Virus record (IMG/VR): IMGVR_UViG_2529292907_000015
Coordinates: 1 to 41,886 of that record
DNA: 41,886 nt
Source of the DNA: a virus
Taxonomy: Duplodnaviria > Heunggongvirae > Uroviricota > Caudoviricetes
Direction: 5' to 3' (one strand)
In this document: positions 37,501 to 41,886 of the stretch, piece by piece
How the letters are laid out: every line of letters starts with the position of its first letter
Position numbering within the stretch: the stretch's first letter is position 1
Program-made: the position numbers and the translations under genes
Notes under the pieces: generated by a model
The model's database searches: none
Told to the model about the DNA's origin: nothing
The model's input: only the letters and a program-made list of their open reading frames with translations

Positions 37501-38059
37501 ATTTTCCCTGACACCGGACGGGCGGCTGACGGCGAAAAATGCCGATATCAGCGGTAACGTGAATGCGAACTCCGGGACGCTCAACAACGTCACGATTAAC
37601 GAGAACTGTCGGGTTCTGGGAAAATTGTCCGCGAACCAGATTGAAGGCGATCTCGTTAAAACAGTGGGCAAAGCTTTCCCCCGGGACTCCCGTGCACCGG
37701 AGCGGTGGCCATCAGGAACCATTACCGTCAGGGTTTATGACGATCAGCCGTTTGACCGGCAGATTGTTATTCCGGCGGTGGCATTCAGCGGCGCTAAACA
37801 TGAGAAAGAGCATACTGATATTTACTCCTCATGCCGTCTGATAGTGCGGAAAAACGGTGCTGAAATTTATAACCGTACCGCGCTGGATAATACGCTGATT
37901 TACAGTGGTGTTATTGATATGCCTGCCGGTCACGGTCACATGACACTGGAGTTTTCGGTGTCAGCATGGCTGGTAAATAACTGGTATCCCACAGCAAGTA
38001 TCAGCGATTTGCTGGTTGTGGTGATGAAGAAAGCCACTGCAGGCATCACGATTAGCTGA
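34580..38059 (+). CDS. J: tail tip / host-specificity protein J
   Basis: ATG 34580 ([20 protein letters not shown]...), inside the longer 34535..38059 ORF. N-terminal two-thirds closely resemble lambda J as recalled; the C-terminal part appears divergent. Confidence 0.9.
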   Translation: MGKGSSKGHTPREAKDNLKSTQLLSVIDAISEGPIEGPVDGLKSVLLNSTPVLDSEGNTNISGVTVVFRAGEQEQTPPEGFESSGSETVLGTEVKYDTPITRTITSANIDRLRFTFGVQALVETTSKGDRNPSEVRLLVQIQRNGGWVTEKDITIKGKTTSQYLASVVVDNLPPRPFNIRMRRMTPDSTTDQLQNKTLWSSYTEIIDVKQCYPNTALVGVQVDSEQFGSQQVSRNYHLRGRILQVPSNYNPQTRQYSGIWDGTFKPAYSNNMAWCLWDMLTHPRYGMGKRLGAADVDKWALYVIGQNCDQSVPDGFGGTEPRITCNAYLTTQRKAWDVLSDFCSAMRCMPVWNGQTLTFVQDRPSDKVWTYNRSNVVMPDDGAPFRYSFSALKDRHNAVEVNWIDPNNGWETATELVEDTQAIARYGRNVTKMDAFGCTSRGQAHRAGLWLIKTELLETQTVDFSVGAEGLRHVPGDVIEICDDDYAGISTGGRVLAVNSQTRTLTLDREITLPSSGTTLISLVDGQGNPVSVEVQSVTDGVKVKVSRVPDGVAEYSVWGLKLPTLRQRLFRCVSIRENDDGTYAITAVQHVPEKEAIVDNGAHFDGDQSGTVNGVTPPAVQHLTAEVTADSGEYQVLARWDTPKVVKGVSFLLRLTVAADDGSERLVSTARTTETTYRFTQLALGNYRLTVRAANAWGQQGDPASVSFRIAAPAAPSRIELTPGYFQITATPYLAVYDPTVQFEFWFSEKRIADIRQVETAARYLGSALYWIAASINIKPGHDYYFYIRSVNTVGKSAFVEAVGRASDDAEGYLDFFKGEIGKTHLAQELWTQIDNGQLAPDLAEIRTSITNVSNEITQTVNKKLENQSAAIQQIQKVQVDTNNNLNSMWAVKLQQMQDGRLYIAGIGAGIENTPAGMQSQVLLAADRIAMINPANGNTKPMFVGQGDQIFMNEVFLKYLTAPTITSGGNPPAFSLTPDGRLTAKNADISGNVNANSGTLNNVTINENCRVLGKLSANQIEGDLVKTVGKAFPRDSRAPERWPSGTITVRVYDDQPFDRQIVIPAVAFSGAKHEKEHTDIYSSCRLIVRKNGAEIYNRTALDNTLIYSGVIDMPAGHGHMTLEFSVSAWLVNNWYPTASISDLLVVVMKKATAGITIS

Positions 38060-38078
38060 ATTTTATAACCCAGATACG

Positions 38079-38102
38079 GGCGCCAGAAATGGCGCCTTTT
38101 TT
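38079..38102 (+). terminator. rho-independent terminator after J
   Basis: Stem GGCGCC/GGCGCC with loop AGAAAT, followed by T6. Confidence 0.75.
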
Positions 38103-38126
38103 ATTGCAGAAAAGCGAGAGGTAATT

Positions 38127-38726
38127 ATGCGTAAATTATGTGCTGTTATTTTGTCCGCAGTAGTCTGGCAGGTCGCCGCTGCTACGCCAGCGAGTGCAGC
38201 AGAACATCAGTCCACGCTGAGCGCGGGGTATCTCCATGCCTCGACGAACGTTCCCGGTAGTGATGATCTGAACGGGATTAACGTGAAATACCGTTATGAG
38301 TTTACGGATGCGCTGGGGCTGATTACGTCCTTCAGTTATGCCAATGCTGAGGATGAGCAAAAAACGCGCTACAGCGATACCCGCTGGCATGAAGATTCCG
38401 TTCGTAACCGCTGGTTCAGCGTAATGGCGGGGCCGTCTGTACGCGTGAATGAATGGTTCAGCGCGTATGCGATGGTGGGTGTGGCTTACAGCCGTGTGTC
38501 GACTTTCTCCGGGGATTATCTCCGCGTAACTGACAACAAGGGGAAAACGCACGATGTGCTGACCGGAAGTGATGACGGTCGCCACAGCAACACGTCTCTG
38601 GCGTGGGGAGCTGGCGTGCAGTTTAACCCGACCGAATCCGTGGCCATTGATATTGCTTATGAAGGCTCCGGCAGTGGCGACTGGCGCACTGACGGTTTCA
38701 TCATGGGTGTCGGTTATAAGTTCTGA
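38127..38726 (+). CDS. lom: outer membrane protein Lom (Ail/Lom family)
   Basis: 199-aa ORF with a signal peptide and beta-barrel-like pattern ending in the aromatic C-terminus GVGYKF. Position is after J. Confidence 0.8.
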   Translation: MRKLCAVILSAVVWQVAAATPASAAEHQSTLSAGYLHASTNVPGSDDLNGINVKYRYEFTDALGLITSFSYANAEDEQKTRYSDTRWHEDSVRNRWFSVMAGPSVRVNEWFSAYAMVGVAYSRVSTFSGDYLRVTDNKGKTHDVLTGSDDGRHSNTSLAWGAGVQFNPTESVAIDIAYEGSGSGDWRTDGFIMGVGYKF

Positions 38727-38753
38727 TTAGCCAGGTAACACAGTGTTATGACA

Positions 38754-38779
38754 GCCCGCCGGTTCAGGCGGGCTTTTTT
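38754..38779 (+). terminator. rho-independent terminator after lom
   Basis: Stem GCCCGCC/GCGGGC with a 7-nt loop, followed by T6. Confidence 0.75.
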
Positions 38780-38781
38780 GT

Positions 38782-38790
38782 GGGGGGGGG
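38782..38790. repeat. G9 homopolymer immediately upstream of the side tail fibre start codon
   Basis: GGGGGGGGG then AAT then ATG (38794). The tract overlaps the SD position. Confidence 0.9.
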
Positions 38791-38793
38791 AAT

Positions 38794-40224
38794 ATGGCAG
38801 TAAAGATTTCAGGTGTTCTTCTGGATGGCGCAGGCCTTCCTGTTGCTGGCTGTCGTATTGAATTGCGGGCCAGGAAAACCAGCTCCACGGTAGTGGTGCA
38901 TGTCGCCTCTTCAACACTGACTGCGGAAAATGGGCAATACAGCATCGATGTAGAGCCAGGTTACTACGACGTTACATTATGGCGGGATGGATACCCGCCG
39001 ATACGTGCCGGTGATATTTGTGTAACCGAAACTGATAAGCCTGACACGCTAAATGCATTCCTGGATGCACCGACAGAGGCAGATCTTCGTCCTGAGGTAA
39101 TGAAACAGTTTGAAGAAATGCTGAAAGAGGCTATTCGCGTGGCCGGAGAGGTGGAAAGTAACAGACATGCATCGGAAGAGGCTGCAAATTCAGCCCGGCA
39201 GAGCGAACAGAATGCCAGCAAACACGCTGCTGAAGCAGGAAAAGCGGCGGAGCAGTCCGGCAGTAATGCGCAGGCTACCGCAAGTGCCCGTGATGACTCT
39301 CAGCGGTATGCCATGAGTGCCGCTGCCAGCGCAGAGAGTGCAGAAAGAAGCGAGAGAGAGGCAACCGAATGTGCCAGCTCAGCCTCACAATCAGCGTCCA
39401 GCGCAGCACTGTCTGCTTCGACCGCTACTGAAAAGGAACTGGGGGCTGGAAATCATGCGTCGTCTGCAAAAGAAAGTAAAACCGCTGCAGAGCTCGCGGC
39501 TGAGAGGGCTACTTCTGCTGCTCAAAATGCGGCTGCTGATGCAGCCACACAATTGCGCAACGAAGTTCGTGAGGAGATAGACAGGGCATCGGGGCTGGCA
39601 GAAAGGGCCGAGGCAGCAAACGAGGGCGCCTGGCAGGCTCTTGCTGAAGCACAGGAAATAGCCAAAACACCCGGACCTCCTGGTGATAAGGGAGATAAGG
39701 GTGACAAAGGTGACAAGGGGGACAAAGGTGACAAGGGAGACAAAGGTGACAAGGGGGACAAGGGGGAGGGGATTGCACCAGCCGGCGTATTGCGGACTAC
39801 ACCGATGGGCACTGATTTCAACGATGCTGGTATGGGGACATATGCCTATCCATTATTAGGACAGGAAAACAGTAACGCCGCCGCAGTAAGTAATCACCCC
39901 ATTCCCGGTTCAACAGGTAACACAGCCTGGGGGATTGTGTGGGCTGCACCCCGAAGCATCTACCCCGCTCAGGTGTTCATGAATTACCAAGGGCAGATGC
40001 TATCCAGAATCAAGGCCAACTACGGCTGGTCAGCCTGGTGGCAGTTTGCCGGAAAAACACTCAGTGAATATCCCGGAACGTATCTGTTTACCGTAACGAC
40101 CGCTGCGGTCAGATATCTGCAGGAAGTTTCCGGTAGTACGCTGACACCACAACGAGCAGGAACCTGGGTTGCCCTGGGGGAAACGACCGCGAACGGTACA
40201 ACACTATTTCAGAGGATAAGGTAA
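38794..40224 (+). CDS. stf: side tail fibre protein with collagen-like (GDK)9 repeat
   Basis: 476-aa product whose N-terminus (MAVKISGVLLDGAG...) resembles lambda Stf as recalled. Ala/Ser-rich coiled region, then PGPPGDK(GDK)8GEG, then a C-terminal domain. Confidence 0.8.
   Translation: MAVKISGVLLDGAGLPVAGCRIELRARKTSSTVVVHVASSTLTAENGQYSIDVEPGYYDVTLWRDGYPPIRAGDICVTETDKPDTLNAFLDAPTEADLRPEVMKQFEEMLKEAIRVAGEVESNRHASEEAANSARQSEQNASKHAAEAGKAAEQSGSNAQATASARDDSQRYAMSAAASAESAERSEREATECASSASQSASSAALSASTATEKELGAGNHASSAKESKTAAELAAERATSAAQNAAADAATQLRNEVREEIDRASGLAERAEAANEGAWQALAEAQEIAKTPGPPGDKGDKGDKGDKGDKGDKGDKGDKGDKGEGIAPAGVLRTTPMGTDFNDAGMGTYAYPLLGQENSNAAAVSNHPIPGSTGNTAWGIVWAAPRSIYPAQVFMNYQGQMLSRIKANYGWSAWWQFAGKTLSEYPGTYLFTVTTAAVRYLQEVSGSTLTPQRAGTWVALGETTANGTTLFQRIR
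39682..39762. repeat. nine tandem 9-bp units (GGNGAYAAR) encoding Gly-Asp-Lys
   Basis: Counted directly from the sequence. In-frame, with degenerate third codon positions. Confidence 0.9.
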
Positions 40225-40838
40225 TGGAAGAAGTGGACTTTATTACTGCGGTCAGGAATGCCGCGTATAACGAATATGGCGCTATCACCTGCGAGGTACA
40301 GTTTGAGGGGGCCGTGGATACCAGAGGGGAGCCAATATGGTCCCCCTTTACGGCCACAGATTTGGATGTTACAGACTACGGAAAGAAATTGTATAACTCT
40401 CTGGTAAATGGCGAGTATGGTGAAGTCACCCCCTTCTCAGCCACACCTGAGATGCTGGAAAGAGAAAAAGTTGCCAGGTGTGAAGAAATTAATCTCTGGC
40501 GCGACCAGCAGGAGAGTATCGAATACCTGATGGAGTTTAACGGGCGCCGCTGGGATTACGGTAAGCGTACAAAGGAACGTATTTCAACCTCACTGACTGT
40601 CGCCAGAAATGGACAGCTACCTGAAGGTTTTGCCTGGACAGACGGTGATAACAATATCGTGCCCGTCACTGCGGCCGAGCTGCTGGCTCTGGGGGATGCC
40701 ATTGATCTGGCGATATTCAACAAAGGGGTGGAAATCAATACCCGCCAGATGCAGATGAAGGCTGAGGTCCGCGCGCTGCAAACACTGGAGGAAATTCGCG
40801 GGTACCGGATTGGCTGGCCGGAGGCGACAGGTGAGTAA
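40224..40838 (+). CDS. tfa: tail fibre assembly protein (Tfa-like)
   Basis: 204-aa ORF immediately after stf (ATG overlaps the stf stop). Assignment is positional; family not confirmed. Confidence 0.65.
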   Translation: MEEVDFITAVRNAAYNEYGAITCEVQFEGAVDTRGEPIWSPFTATDLDVTDYGKKLYNSLVNGEYGEVTPFSATPEMLEREKVARCEEINLWRDQQESIEYLMEFNGRRWDYGKRTKERISTSLTVARNGQLPEGFAWTDGDNNIVPVTAAELLALGDAIDLAIFNKGVEINTRQMQMKAEVRALQTLEEIRGYRIGWPEATGE

Positions 40839-41208
40839 ATTCACGACACCAGCAGTGCTGGAGATGCTGGACGATTATCGCTGGCGACTGGTGGAGCCGT
40901 TTGAGTTCTGGCTGACGGACGAGCCGGAAGACGTCATCAGCGTGCCGGCAGGGTACGTCACTGACCTTGCCAGCGTACCGCGTCTTCTCTGGTCAGTGTT
41001 CCCGCCACATGGTCGTTATGCGAAAGCGGCAATCATTCACGACTGGCTGTATGACAACGCGTTGCGTACGAAGAAAGAAGCCGACAGGATATTTCTGGAT
41101 GCGATGAAGGTGCTTAAGGTTCCGGCCTGGCGGCGGAGCCTGATGTACTTCGCAGTACGGTTGTTTGGTAAAGGGAAGTACCGGTCAGGCAGTATGGTAA
41201 GGCCGTAA
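40829..41208 (+). CDS. DUF1353-like protein
   Basis: GTG 40829 with a GGAGG SD 7 nt upstream, inside the longer 40810..41208 ORF. Motifs YVTDLASVPR and HDWLY. Confidence 0.5.
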
Positions 41209-41358
41209 AAAAATCCCGCCATAAGGCGGGATAAATGAGTTAGTTCAGTTTTAATTTACGGAAAATTGGGATATTCAGCACAAGTAGTATGCGCTAAAAA
41301 ATTGAGGGAAAAGTGATACTTTTTATCCATGGAGAACTCTCAACATATCCTAAAGTGA

Positions 41359-41886
41359 GGAGCGGAGCCTGGCATACAACAGATTGATCATGACCCCGTT
41401 CCCTATACTGCCACACCAGAAGATACAGCCAAAACTGGCCAGCGCGTCTGGCAGGAACTACAAAGTGGCAAATGGAGCGAAATCGCCCCGTTCACCGTCA
41501 CGCCCGAACTTATCGCAGCGGCAAAAGATGCCAAAAAGATGGAAATCGAGGCGTGGCGCCCAGAACAGGAAGCGCAGCCGTTCACGTTCGAATGGAACGG
41601 TCGCACCTGGAATGCTGACCCTGACTCACTGGCCCGACTCTATCCGGTAGTAATGGCGGCGAAATCCGATACGGCACGAACCACCCTTGCGTGGGGCGAC
41701 GCTGATAATCAACAGGTGAAACTGTCGATGCAGGAACTTGAAGAACTGGCGGCAGCAATGGCGCAGGCACAGGTCGATCGCAATGACGAGATTTATCAGC
41801 GTCAGCGGGAGATGAAGCAAGAGCTGAATAACCTGGAGGATTTGCATTCAATCAGGAAACTGGTCGTTAGCTCAGAAAAACCTTGA
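41359..41886 (+). pseudogene. second tail-fibre-assembly-like gene, lacking a usable start (in-frame TGA after codon 9 of the only upstream ATG)
   Basis: The open frame encodes ...WNGRTWNADPDSLARLYPVVMAAKSD...ELEELAAAMAQAQ..., which parallels the Tfa at 40224. ATG 41329 is in frame but is followed by TGA at 41356-41358. Confidence 0.4.

Noticed and set aside
41384-41650. 88-aa ORF with a Lys/Arg-rich translation
   Set aside because: It is an alternative frame of the Tfa-like coding region and lacks a plausible start context.

Overview
This 41.9-kb window is almost entirely one lambdoid prophage, read from its integrase end; the host looks like an E. coli-type enterobacterium (inferred from gene content recalled from memory, no searches run). 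Left arm on the minus strand: int, xis, a large exonuclease, and a Qin-like dicB operon (ydfA/B/C-like, DicF sRNA, dicB, ydfD-like). Then a CI-type repressor and Cro-like switch with GTAAC-N4-GTTAC operators, a replication gene with internal GTCACG iterons, a nin-like block with a Hok-type toxin, and an FkbM-family methyltransferase split by 27 copies of CCCAG. Downstream: DUF968, RusA, a Q-like protein, a late promoter/terminator pair, four tRNA genes, a phage-21-type lysis cassette, a GNAT moron, HNH-TerS-TerL, an HK97-type head, a lambda-type tail (V, G/GT, H, M, L, K, I, J), lom, and side tail fibre plus assembly genes. No att site is in the window. The most interesting locus is the methyltransferase with the pentanucleotide tract, a candidate phase-variation switch. 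Tape measure H and tail gene I are each broken by a 1-nt frame disruption at an A-run, and G/GT and the Q region show the same signature, so the tail module is either defective or the sequence has homopolymer errors. Family names and homolog comparisons are recalled, not searched.
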